A stretch of 64,000 nt of DNA from Antedon mediterranea. Taxonomy: Eukaryota > Animalia > Echinodermata. Position numbers and translations under genes: made by a program. The DNA is taken from NCBI RefSeq assembly GCF_964355755.1, contig NC_092670.1, positions 17,780,795 through 17,844,794 of the forward strand, read 5' to 3'. The notes under the pieces were generated by a model, which saw nothing but the letters and a program-made list of their open reading frames with translations, made no database searches and was not told the origin of the DNA. Below are positions 12,301 through 23,635 of the stretch, in pieces. The stretch's first letter is position 1, and each line of letters starts with the position of its first letter.

Positions 12301-14243
12301 ACGAAATTATTTTGTTCATTCAAAACAATAATTTACCTACTACCCAATGTTTTCACTTGCACTTCCTACCACCAAATTTGGAATCATCCCAGTTTCAGGT
12401 TTATTTTATTTTTAATCTACCCAGTAATTTTCAAACATTCTGAATATAGCATTTATAAGATACTAAATTAGCTAAATTTTAGCATCATTAAAATTGCATT
12501 TCCATGCATCTAGCTAGGTGTTCACATTCTCCAAATTTCTGCTCAGTTAGGGATAATTTTTAAAGCCAACAAACCATGGGTTATTACAGCCCTGGTATTT
12601 TTGTCCCGATTTGTTGTGTAATATCCATTAGATTTACCGGAGGGTCACAATAATTGTCCACGATTTATATTCGGGGTCTCTGTAAAAAAGATTGTGCACA
12701 CAGTACTAAAGAAAAACACAGTGCCAATTCTGTTTAGTTTTCTATATAATATTTATCTGTGAAAATTGTTGTCATCTGAAACTTAATTTGTTTACTTTAA
12801 TAACATTGTCATTAGTACATGTTATGGGTTTTACTGTCTGCTATTGGAATTCCCAATGACAGCCAAATAAAACATTGACTGACTCATTATATTAACTATA
12901 GCTTCACTGTGACAGCTTGTAATTTATACAAAAACATTGCTTGGTTTCACATGTGACGTCATAATAATTGTATTAGACATAGTTCATCAAAAAAGACATA
13001 AGGAAGTCGGCTACATATTTGCTTAAAATTCAGATTTACCATACTGTATATATGAATTTATTTTTATGAATGTACAGTCGTCTCCAGTCAAATTCGCGCA
13101 AGTCGAAAAATCATTACTGTGTAATTTTTATTTGTAAGTAGAATTTTTTAAAGTAGAAGCTCGTCTACGTCTTTTTAAAATCCAAATACACACATTCTTT
13201 AGTGATTTATATCATATAAGTTGAAATCACAAATCACGCAGCAACAACACGCCAAAAAAGCCAACGAAACGTACATAATTTCGACCATATCGGTTCTCTC
13301 AAGCAGGTTGTATAGCATAGGCACTCTTCTTGTATGTACACAGTCTAGTATACAATGCATAAGGAGCTGTCAGCATTGAGCGGCGTTTTGTGGGTACCCA
13401 TTTTGGGCTAGACAGAAGACAATAAACAATGGCCAATCAATTAGGCCTAGCATTTTTTTTTACAAATCCGTAAGTCGAATAAATAACGCATTATGCCAGT
13501 CCTATTAGTGTTCTGTGAAAAAGTATCTTAGTTTTGGTTGTTCATGATAAATGATGTGAAATATTATTAGATTAGCCTTCCTTGTGGGATGTATATCTAT
13601 ACTACTAAGTGTTATGTTTACAGTGTTTTTTAGAAATTAAGTCACTTTTTATACTCCAGTATGTTCCACTTCAAGAAGTGATTATTGCAATAAGATGTGT
13701 ATAGATATCGGCGATGAAAATATTTTGGTGTATATGGCCACCAAGATAGAATGTGTCTTAAGTTTACTTTCACAGATAGTTACCTATTGAAATGTTTGAT
13801 ATATGAGGCATGGCACGCTTATAACGAATGTAAAAATATTTGTACACTTAACCACTTAACATGTATTTATCTTGTCCTTGCTAATTTTGTTATTCTTTTA
13901 CTACCCAAAAGTGGCGGGTATAAATGGAATGTAATACAGTACATTATAAAAGGAAATACTGAACTCAAGGAATACATAGATAAATATATATTGTACTGTA
14001 TTGTGCTTTTTTACAATAACACTGCGTCAGTGTGCAGTGGACTAGATATGACATACAACAACTTTATTTTCCCTAAGGGTCCTTTTGTGAGTACACCAAA
14101 TAGCACCCATTCATCTGTCCATAACTGGGTCTAAAGTGAACACCAATTCCCTCACAGACACGAATATACTATGATATTTATAATTTATTTTACAGCATAT
14201 TTGCATAATAAATGATGAAGGCAAGAAGAAATTTGCTGTTTAA
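3399..14243 (+). CDS. HPRT1: Hypoxanthine-guanine phosphoribosyltransferase, 7 coding exons, 214 aa
   Basis: Exons 3399-3419 (MTESYIE|GTAAGT), 7207-7313, 9572-9755, 10346-10429, 10580-10703, 12126-12202 and 14196-14243 total 645 nt in frame. Motifs: [18 protein letters not shown], the PRPP-binding [13 protein letters not shown], and [16 protein letters not shown]. Exon sizes 107/184/77/48 equal human HPRT1. Exon 1 is the least certain. Confidence 0.96.
3582..4426. mobile_element. Non-autonomous TIR element with TGT...ACA ends (Ginger-like) and subterminal TTGCGCAA arrays, in HPRT1 intron 1
   Basis: A near-perfect ~60-bp TIR, TGTTATGCGCGATTTGAACGATTTGCGCAATTTGAAATTGCGCAAAAAAAATCCTTGCG, is present at both ends. 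Both sides are flanked by CTAC (4-bp TSD; 7 bp is also possible because the site is a CTA microsatellite). The superfamily assignment is inference. Confidence 0.85.
4532..6872. mobile_element. 2.3-kb foldback/MULE-like non-autonomous element with long imperfect inverted arms, in HPRT1 intron 1
   Basis: Ends are GGGTGTGTCGAAAGCGAAGACC / GGTCTTCGCTTTCGACACACCC. Inverted matches: 4532-4815 with 6560-6872, 5040-5135 with 6455-6560, and 5280-5455 with 6290-6440. Flanks GCCTACCTCT and GGCTAGCTAT match 7/10, a possible decayed TSD. Confidence 0.85.
8120..8881 (-). mobile_element. Internally deleted PIF/Harbinger transposon with Myb/SANT-like coding remnant, in HPRT1 intron 2
   Basis: TIRs GGGCCTGTTTCTGCTGCAACT / AGTTGGCAGCAGAAACAGGGCC, with a 3-bp TSD TGA (8117-8119, 8882-8884) and many subterminal AATACGGTAT copies. 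ORF 8317-8529(-) [35 protein letters not shown] resembles the trihelix Myb/SANT domain of the Harbinger second protein. Confidence 0.88.
9075..9155 (+). repeat. Dispersed repeat with core CAGGATGGATAAACTA
   Basis: Related copies lie at ~24880-24955 (+), ~28610-28665 (-) and ~53530-53565 (-). Class unknown. Confidence 0.7.
9180..9305 (-). mobile_element. tRNA-derived SINE head
   Basis: The minus strand has A-box TAGCTTAGTGG and B-box GGTTCAATCC, followed by a non-tRNA body shared with the copy at 53269-53385. Further heads lie at ~44010-44080 (+) and ~45170-45245 (-). Confidence 0.75.
10958..12020. repeat. 27-bp minisatellite, ~39 copies, in HPRT1 intron 5
   Basis: Unit AGTTTAYGTCYGTCAATACTAGATAAT; highly homogeneous; lies between exons 10580-10703 and 12126-12202. 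Confidence 0.98.
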
Positions 14244-14410
14244 ATACAATTACTGATTTCAGCAGACAGCAGGGAAAATAATACTCGTCGTAAAAAGGGT
14301 AATTTTGTTGTAATAGAAACCATTTTGAGTTTTTAACTTAAGGTTGTATTTTAAATTTTATCTTTTTCAAAACATGTAACAAAACAGAAGCAAAATTATA
14401 TTATATTTTT

Positions 14411-14685
14411 CATAGCAGATTTCTATTTACTTTACACATTTCTTAATTAAGTGATGGTTTTGAAACAAATAAAGTGAATGTTAATAATTTATATACCATA
14501 TTGGGTTTTGGTAAAAAGAAACTTAAAATTAACATTCTGCAAGTAAATTAACATAGCAGCATTTACTTTACACATTTCATAATGAAAGTGATGGTTTTGA
14601 AACAGATAAAATAAAAAAGTGAGTATTAATAGTTTTTGCCATATTGGGTTTTGGTAATTAACTTAAAATTAACTTTCTGAAGTAT
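14411..14685 (+). repeat. ~140-bp tandem duplication in the HPRT1 3' UTR, each copy with AATAAA
   Basis: CATAGCAG...ATTTACTTTACACATTTC...AAGTGATGGTTTTGAAACA...AATAAA...CCATATTGGGTTTTGGTAA...ACTTAAAATTAAC occurs at 14411-14545 and 14552-14685. Confidence 0.85.
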
Positions 14686-15889
14686 GTAATATTTGATAAT
14701 TCAGTGAATAGACAGGTGTTACTAATAGAATTTATCAGTAATGTCATAAACAAGCTATTTTTAGCCACTGTCACAAGTAAATGTTGGAACAGCAATCTTT
14801 GGCACTGGGTTATTTATATCGCAAAAATTACACCCAAACCTCTTGTTTTACTGAGTTATATTAATACACCAAAACCTGAATATTATCATAAATAATAAAT
14901 GTTATTCTTATTTACTGTAGTGATTTGAATAATATTTTCTACCACATTCTGTGTTTTCTACCACGTCTTCTGGTTTCTGTGTATTGATTGAGATCTATCG
15001 GCAGAGTACTTAGCAAGCTGGTAGATTTAAGACTCCTAATCGTCAAATTCTAATATTTAGAGTATAGTACTAAGTGTGTAATATTAAAGTGCTGTAGCTA
15101 AACTTACATGTATGGGTGTGTGTTTGTTTATTAGTGTGTTGTATGAACCACCAAGGTATAAAGGGTCTTTCACCTCTGTTCCGATGCGGCGACCCTTTAG
15201 CAAGTTAGACATGTACTTACCCGGCAGTAAATATTGTCGTGGTGTGCAGTGGTTTTAAAATAGTTTTTCACATCCAAAAGCTTTATTTTTATTATATCTG
15301 TATTTAAGGTAAAGCAAAGTAAAATATATTCTTCTGTGAAGTAAAAAGTTTTTTAATCGTGAAAAATGTGTTTGTATAACTGTTAGTAAAATAGTTGATA
15401 AATTGTTGCCTAATTAGATGGTGCTGTCGAAACCATGGTCTAAGCAGGGAGTTGTTAATTTAGTCCCTGGTCTAAATACTTAATTAGTGGTGCCTTATTG
15501 GTTGATTTATATGTTGCATCCGTTGATCTAGAATTTCATATGAGGAAGTATTTATGTCGGCTTAACTGAACTATTAAAGGTGCATTCTCACAGAAATGAG
15601 AAATAATAATCCAAAATAAATAGTTTGAATATACCTTTAGGCAGACCGAGAGAGTAATTGTTACCGGCCACTTGCACTAACCAAAATGTCAATATTTACC
15701 AAGGGTCTTTTTCAACACTTTTTCAATGTGTCGTGCCCCCTGATCGTGCCTGCTTTTAGTTCTGAATTTCACTCACACCACATAACAGTATTTTGAACCA
15801 AATTCAGATTTAAATACCCACATTACCGCACATGTTTTGATAAAATATAGTAAATGATTGATTATTTGACAGGGTATGTTGTCTAGATA

Positions 15890-16990
15890 AAATATTGTAT
15901 TGATTGATTATATATTGTACTGATTGATAATATGTTGTATTGATTGATAATATTGTTGATTGATAATATACTGTATTGATTGATCATATATTGTTGATTG
16001 ATAATATACTGTATTGATTGATGATATTATTGTTGATTGATAATATACTGTATTGATTGATGATATATTGTTGATTGATAATATACTGTATTGATTGATG
16101 ATATATTGTTGATTGATAATATACTGTATTGATTGATGATGTATTGTTGATTGATAATATACTGTATTGATTGATGATGTATTGTTGGTTGATAATATAC
16201 TGTATTGATTGATGGTATATTGTTGATTGATAATATACCGTATTGATTGATGATGTATTGTTGATTGATAATATACTGTATTGATTGATGATATATTGTT
16301 GATTGATAATATACTGTATTGATTGATGATGTATTGTTGATTGATAATATACTGTATTGATTGATGATGTATTGTTGATTGATAATATACTGTATTGATT
16401 GATGGTATATTGTTGATTGATAATATACTGTATTGATTGATGATGTATTGTTGATTGATAATATACTGTATTGATTGATGGTATATTGTTGATTGATAAT
16501 ATACTGTATTGATTGATGGTATATTGTTGATTGATAATATACTGTATTGATTGATGATATATTGTTGATTGATAATATACTGTATTGATTGATGATGTAT
16601 TGTTGATTGATAATATACTGTATTGATTGATGATATATTGTTGATTGATAATATACTGTATTGATTGATGGTATATTGTTGATTGATAATATACTGTATT
16701 GATTGATGATATATTGTTGATTGATAATATACTGTATTTATTGATGATATATTGTTGATTGATAATATACTGTATTGATTGATGGTATATTGTTGATTGA
16801 TAATATACTGTATTGATTGATGATGTATTGTTGATTGATAATATACTGTATTGATTGATGGTATATTGTTGATTGATAATATACTGTATTGATTGATGAT
16901 ATATTGTTGATTGTTGATAAACTATTGATTGATGATAAACTGTATTGATTGATGGTATATTATTGATTGATCATATTCGTTGGTAATATA
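15890..16990. repeat. 38-bp (20+18) minisatellite, ~25 core copies with degenerate flanks
   Basis: Unit GATAATATACTGTATTGATTGATGATATATTGTTGATT; homogeneous core ~15962-16912. Confidence 0.97.
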
Positions 16991-18515
16991 TTGATTACAT
17001 TAATGATTGTATGAAGCATGATGGTTATGATATTGGCATTGGTGTGTGATTCTATCAATTGATTTATCAAAAAACGGTAAATGATTGTTATTATTATTAT
17101 TATTATTATAGTATAGCCATACTGCATGTAAATACAATTTTTATGAAATGTAGCCTAATGTAGTGAAATCAAACATATACAGTGCATACTGTATCCAAAA
17201 TAATGGTTTAAGTAATGTTTATTTGATTATAATATGAGGTACAATGAAGAAAGACTAATAAAATCGTCTGAAAAAGTAAAATATTTAATATTAGTAATTA
17301 TATAATATTATATATTATAATATGCTTTCCAATAGGCGAATCAAAAAGCGTCAGTATTTATGCGCATGCGTATCCGTAGTTCCATCTACTTTTTACGATG
17401 CGAAATTAATACAACCAATCAAAGCTGGGAACTGTTGATTTTTCTCGAAGATTCGCCTAATGGAAATCAGTCTGATCTGATAATTATTGACCCCAGAGTA
17501 TAGTACTCTAGGTATTAATCTTGAAAGCTTTTGATTGGTCGAATCGCTTTTGTCTTAATGAGAAAAAAGTTTTATTTTCCTCGTTTCCTTAAAAAAGAAC
17601 ATTTCAAATCTATTTTAAAGCTTGTGATTGATTTCTATATAAAGGATGTTGTTTTTGTGACATAAGGGGAATTCCCCTTCACATCCCTATTAGTTTAAGG
17701 ACATTTACTTATGCCCCAGGAATGTACGCACGTATTTATGGTGACTTCAATGACAAACTGATTTAGTGCGTTGTTAATGTTTTACATGACATCACGTATT
17801 ATTTTATAGGCGTATTCACACTAATTATCTGACTATAACGTTGTAAATATGCGTTCACACCTATCACTACTGTATAACTCTTAATTGACTTAGTTATTGT
17901 TCCAAAAGTATGAAAAAAAGGGTGTGGCAAAATTGATATTACGTAATATATTTATTTCAGGTTTATTTTAACACTAATTTATTTGCACTTACTTTCTGTA
18001 AAGTCACCAGATACTGTATACGTATACTTAAGTTTTTGTGTGCCATATCCCGTTAATTGTTAGAAACCTCAATTACGAACATTAAAAGTAAATTTATCCT
18101 AATTTCCATTAGGCCTAACATGATAAAGCAACTAATTTATACTTATACACAAATTGTACTATTAAAGTTCAATTTTAATGCCACAAATTGGGTAATATTA
18201 CTACATTATTATTTCCGGTATATTAAGATGTATTGTTTTCATTGAACTGGATAAAGATGTTCATAACAGTTTACCATTGCAAGCTGGTTGTTAGGCATGC
18301 GTTTCTGTGACGTAGTTATTGACTACCAGCATATCCGGTTCGTGGAAGTGATTACATTCTTGAACTGAAACCTGGTCATTCATTATTCAAATATAATTAT
18401 CGAAATGTATTAATGCAATTGAAAGCAACAAATTCTATTTATATCCGTTACATCTATTTTTTTTTAAAGTTTCCATTCGTAGCTCTCCATCATCGATATC
18501 CCACAGTGCATCCGA

Positions 18516-19490
18516 TTAAAATGAATCAGTGGATTTCGAACACCCAGACATCTCAACATTATAGGAATCCTCGAACTTCACTTGAAAACACAAACTAAAC
18601 ATTTTACCTAAAATGGCTGACACGCCTTTTTTGATATCTGGTAAAGTTTTCCAATAGATGACAGCATTTGCCGAAGCGTTCAGCAAGCCCAAACTGAATG
18701 TATAGAAATAGGCAGCAGTTATTTCGAGACAGCGCTCCTCCTCGGGTAACATTGCGTACTGGGTGACGTAAATACGCAGTGTCTCCACAATCCAGGGCAT
18801 CCAGCAGACGGCATCAGCTACCACAAGCGTCGCGTACGCTCTCAACACCAATTTGCTTTTTTCAAACTTCTTCCTTCCTATGGCTGCTTTCATATTTTCT
18901 TCGTGCTTACGAACTTTGAGAAAGATAATAGTGTACAGCACAGCTATGATGTCAACAATGAGAAAACATGCTATCGGGCTTACAGTGTAAGTGACCAGAA
19001 TGTACGCGTCACGGTCAACCACTAGAAGAATCGTGAACAGTGCCAGAGGAACCACCCAGAGTGCAACAGAGACGCCGTACAGAATCTTTCTTTCTGTCAT
19101 TTCGTCGACAGTCTTCGGAAAGTAGAAAACACGATAGGAGCGATCCAGTGCTATCGCAAGATGACAGCATGACGACGTCAAACAGAGACTGAAGGTCAAC
19201 ATGGAACTGACGTCGTCTTCTAAAACGACCCAAATGGTCAAGATTATTCCCATCAGGATGTCCGCAATGCTCAGGTTCAGAATTAAAATATTTCTCGTTT
19301 TCGGCAACTTGTTCTTCTTATCTCCAGCTTTCTTAAATGTCCTGCCGCCTTTCTTCCAGAATATGGCTCCAGAAACGAGTATATTCCCCACGATAGCAAC
19401 AAACGCAGTTACAACAATATAAATTATAAAAACAATTAGGTGTTTTCTGTTATGTAGGTTGAACTCGTAGTTTCCCTTACAACCAGCCAT
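18516..19490 (-). CDS. Class A (rhodopsin-like) GPCR, single coding exon, 324 aa, orphan
   Basis: Seven hydrophobic segments with TM1 GN, TM2 NLSIAD, TM3 IALDRSY, TM6 CWMPW and TM7 NASANAVIY. The first ATG is at 19490 (the ORF track starts at a non-ATG codon, 19526). Confidence 0.92.
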   Translation of the reverse strand: MAGCKGNYEFNLHNRKHLIVFIIYIVVTAFVAIVGNILVSGAIFWKKGGRTFKKAGDKKNKLPKTRNILILNLSIADILMGIILTIWVVLEDDVSSMLTFSLCLTSSCCHLAIALDRSYRVFYFPKTVDEMTERKILYGVSVALWVVPLALFTILLVVDRDAYILVTYTVSPIACFLIVDIIAVLYTIIFLKVRKHEENMKAAIGRKKFEKSKLVLRAYATLVVADAVCWMPWIVETLRIYVTQYAMLPEEERCLEITAAYFYTFSLGLLNASANAVIYWKTLPDIKKGVSAILGKMFSLCFQVKFEDSYNVEMSGCSKSTDSF

Positions 19491-21899
19491 AGTTAATACA
19501 GTTCTCTGCTCTACAGAATCCAACACAATGTCTTTGTGAAGGTATAAACTTACATTAACTATCAGGTCATGATTAATATAGATTTAAATTTTTATTAATA
19601 AGGAAATCGAAATTGAAAACCACAACAATGGTTTCTATTGTTTAAGCATTATTATCGGCACGAAAGAAATACTGTAATTTAATTTGTATTAGAATGTTTA
19701 ATTATTGACTGATTTTGTTTGTTTTTCGTTTTGTATAAACAAATGACCCGTTGAAATGACCGTCTCAAACGACGCCGAAGGGTTAGATAGTGGGAAAGGG
19801 AAGGGTGTGTTTGGGGCCTTGTAATATCCTCAGCCATTTTGTGATATAGGCCTACTCTACATTTATGCTTATACTTTTTTTACATATTCCTTTATGTCAG
19901 TGTAGTGAGTTGACATATAACTTTATAGGTCCAAACAGCCCATGCAAAATAGAGATTACTATATAAATGTATTTGACTTGGATTACATCCAGCAATTTGA
20001 CCACAATCATTTTTGTTTCATCTTTTTGTATTGGGTCATCGTTAATTATTTATCTTTACCTTGTTTGTAATTTTGTGTAGGCCTATAATGTGTAGGCCTA
20101 TATAAAGTACTCGTTTTTTTTAACGTTTGCAGGCCGCTATTTTATTTGTACGCGCGTTAATGCGTTTCGTTTTATGTCTGGTATTACACCCGTGCCGTTT
20201 ATTTCTCCCGTTGAAACGTTTATCATTTTAGGCCTACACGAACACACGTTTCGAAGTGCGTGTAGCTGTTTTTGTGCTACAAGTTTGACACATGCGTAAG
20301 CATAAATGTACGTAGACTTCCGTTCAGCACAGACCGTACCAAGCAAGCCCAAAGAAATATCTACATCTAAAAAAAACCGGTTCTATAATAAATCATCTTT
20401 AACCATCCACATACTATGAATATGTAATTCCATGGAGGTATAATTCTGTCTGAATCTACAGGGAAAATTAGGCCATCTTGTTATGTACATACAGCCATCA
20501 GTGATTAATGGCTATGTTACTATTGGCGTTTACTGTGCATACGTCACCTTTTTGAAGAAGCAAGTTACAATTCCATCATTGATGAGTTCAGCATGACAGC
20601 GTGTGTTACGTAGAAACTCGTCGGTGTCTCCAATTCAACGTTATTCAAACGCGCTTGTTACGATTTTGAAATATTTGAATTACTGTATAATTAGCGACAA
20701 TTATTATATAGGCCTATATAGAGATCGCATTTTGTATTTGATATTACTACATCCCAAGCGTCATCTGCTTTTGCAATAACTTCATAAAAACGTAAGTAAG
20801 ATATGTATCATCTACTGTACTTTGTTAGTGTTTGTATATTGTATTCTTCTAAAGATAGGCCTATATTTATTATGAATAAAGATGATGTGTGCGTGTGCGC
20901 AGATTTTTTATTTTTATAAACATCAACATCTAAGGAAATTAGGATTGAAATGCTCCATATCTAGGCCTACTGCAGTGTCAGCGCGCCTACCATGTATAAA
21001 TTAAGATTCTTCATTTGTACATATATATATTCTTCTGATAAAGAAAATAAATAATCTGTGAAATCGTAGACGTGTCATTGCCCCGCCGTCCATTTATCTA
21101 CAACTTTTACAATTCCTAAAACTTGGTAGTTCAATTTGTATACAACTTTTATTTTCAGTTGAGTTCATGTTGTGTTTTATGAACGTTTAGGAATGCAGTG
21201 ATAGGCCCACAACAGAAGCAATTGAATTCTCTAGGGGCTTTAATTTAAAAAGTGAAGGGTATGCCAGTGCCCAGGTTGCTCGACTTGTTATAATTGTTTC
21301 CAGGTGCAACACAATGGTAATCTATTTGATGCTCCTCACTCGCTTATTAACTGAGGCTATTTCTGTACGTTGTTACTGCCTGTAGGCTTAGCATATACTA
21401 ACATGCATTATACACGGTTATACAAGACTGCTTGATGAACTTTTATCTCCCACTTTCATCTCCTACTCGCTTCCCTGTCACCCCATCACCCTACCCTATC
21501 CTAGTCTAGTTCTACACGGCGATATGACTTATTATTGGTTTTTAAACAGACTTGTGGCATCTACCATACCCAGTATGCCTACATAACATTTATTGTCCCT
21601 ATCAAAGGGTATTCCACTTCCCTGTCAGCACAAAAGGGTTAATCTTTTCGTTCAAGTGTGTGCTACTAGGTGAAGCGAGTTTAGGCCTAAAATAAATATT
21701 TATAACATGAACGTAAACAAGCCAATCTGATAAGTACAGTATTAACATACGTTAACTAAACCTCCGTTATTTCCTTACGAAAACATATTAATAATTTGTT
21801 CAAGCTTGATTTGGACTTGGATGCAACGCGTTAAACGCACTAGTGAGTTGACCTATCACAGGTGGCAATCTGTATGGTCTATTGCGTCGTGATTGGTAA

Positions 21900-22078
21900 A
21901 GCTTGGTTCCCACTAGAACGTAACGCAAGGACGTAAACGCAACGCAAGCGTTTTAACCAATGACAAGCGAACTTATAGACAGTTAGCAATCACAAGCGAA
22001 TAAGCCATCGCTTGTGATTGGTCAATTCACTTGCGTTGCGTTACGTCCTTGTGTTGCATCGCTAGTGGGAACCACGCT
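21900..22078. mobile_element. Harbinger/Tourist-like palindromic MITE (family B), nested in an older related copy
   Basis: TIR AGCTTGGTTCCCACTAG / CTAGTGGGAACCACGCT with TSD TAA on both sides. Decayed relatives lie at ~25295-25342, 26019-26140, 26395-26500, 32325-32430, 36255-36350 and 45378-45485. Confidence 0.88.
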
Positions 22079-22531
22079 TAACTCTTGCGGTGCGATTACG
22101 TCCTTGCGTTGCGTTCAAAAAGCAAAACTCCGGGGTTGACGCCCCGATGTTTTGGTGTGAAAGGGGTACAAGAGAAACCAATCGGAATTCAAAGGTGAAT
22201 GTTCAACAAATAAATAAACATTGAATCGGCTGTTGCTGCTGTTTACCTTTTTTCTTCTATTTATTAATGTAGGCCTATTGTTGTTGCTCTTTATTTTAGT
22301 CTTTAGTTTGCCCTTTTACATACATTGTGTTGATCTCAAATTCATCATAGGTATAAATAAGCTGAAATTTTGATGTTGTTTTCGTTGCCATGTCGTCACC
22401 ATAATGTATTTTATATTTATAGATACGTAGGCCAGAGATGTTTATTTTGTAGAAAAGTGTAGCCTTTTTAAATAAAAACTGAGATATTAGTGTAGTTTCG
22501 AAGATCGTAGTTTTTAATTGATTTATATTAC

Positions 22532-22800
22532 CCGTATATCCTCTGGTATAATCCCACCCCCTAGAATACAAAATTGGGCTGACTGTGAGGGTGGGACTAT
22601 ATCCGGGGAATGTCTGGTTCAGGAAAAATAATGATTGGTAAGCATTAATTTCTTGTAAAAACTCATCGGAACTGGCTAGAGACTACCCAGACCAAAAGTC
22701 TATACTGGGATTATACCCGGGGATATGCCTGTTTGTAAAACCAGACATAAAGTAGGGGTGGGATTAGACCCGAAGTGGGATTATACCCGAGAATATACGG
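22532..22800. mobile_element. Tc1/mariner-superfamily MITE (CCGTA ends)
   Basis: CCGTATATCCTCTGGTATAATCCCAC ... GTGGGATTATACCCGAGAATATACGG, TA-flanked, with internal repeats of GGGATTATACCCG. Confidence 0.75.
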
Positions 22801-23542
22801 TATTTAAATTGCAATAGAACTCGAACTGAATGCGAATACGCTTTCAAAGTTGCTGAGAATTAACTACAGTATTTATAAAGCCATAAGCGCCGAAGTTCAT
22901 ATGCCTTATAGGACATGGCATGCACGTGAAGAAGATTTTAATTCTTGCATTTTGTGTATTTTGCTGAAGTAAGGTTTATTATCTATTTATTGTGTAATGA
23001 ATGGGGACGGAGACCTATATATATGGCATGCCCGTCTGGTTAGATCATTTCTTATGTTAGTTCGACCCTAGATAATTATGTGGAATTGAAAATCTACCTC
23101 TAGCAGACTTCTTTCTCATTATATTACGATATCTCATCTCATCTTTCTAATTTCAGTGAAAGAAATGATAAATTGCTAGATTAACTTGTTTTGTGTTATC
23201 TAGTACGGTAGATGATGGGGATGATGAACATGATGAAAGGGGTTGTTTTATGAATAGGTCTGAAAGGTGTTGGTAAACAACAAGGGTAAAATAATGAAGA
23301 CTTGATGAAAGTGGCAAGATGAAGATGAAGAGAATGACGCGCGCCAGAAGGGTTAGGAGAAGTTTAGATTACAATTACGTCCGTAGTGATTTTGAAATTA
23401 ATGATGTAGAAAGAAAGGAAAAGATTTGACAATGATGTAACTTAGTAGACCAATTACTCTATGGAATGAATGGCTCAGGCAGGATACCAATGTCGTATTG
23501 TCTTCACTACCTGTTAAAAGGCGGGACTTGGTTCGAGTAATC

Positions 23543-23635
23543 TTTTTAGTCGCGTGCAACGCGACAATACAGCTCACGTCGGTAAACACTAACTTGAGCA
23601 CACGACTGCAGCCATATTATATATGACATTGTTGA
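23543..23635 (+). mobile_element. Short Helentron/DINE-like (HINE) element
   Basis: TTTTTAGTCGCGTG...GTCGGTAAACACTAACTTGAGCACACGACTGCAGCCATAT; a second copy lies at 57529-57620. Confidence 0.55.

Noticed and set aside
17340-17560. Promoter-like patch (TGCGCATGCGTA, CCAAT, ATTGG) downstream of the minus-strand GPCR
   Set aside because: No associated exon or ORF was found; it may be a decayed repeat.
19015-19422. Overlapping short ORFs in the GPCRs (also 33724-33960) and 37034-37264, 37493-37825
   Set aside because: Alternate-frame or antisense shadows of real coding exons with no independent features.
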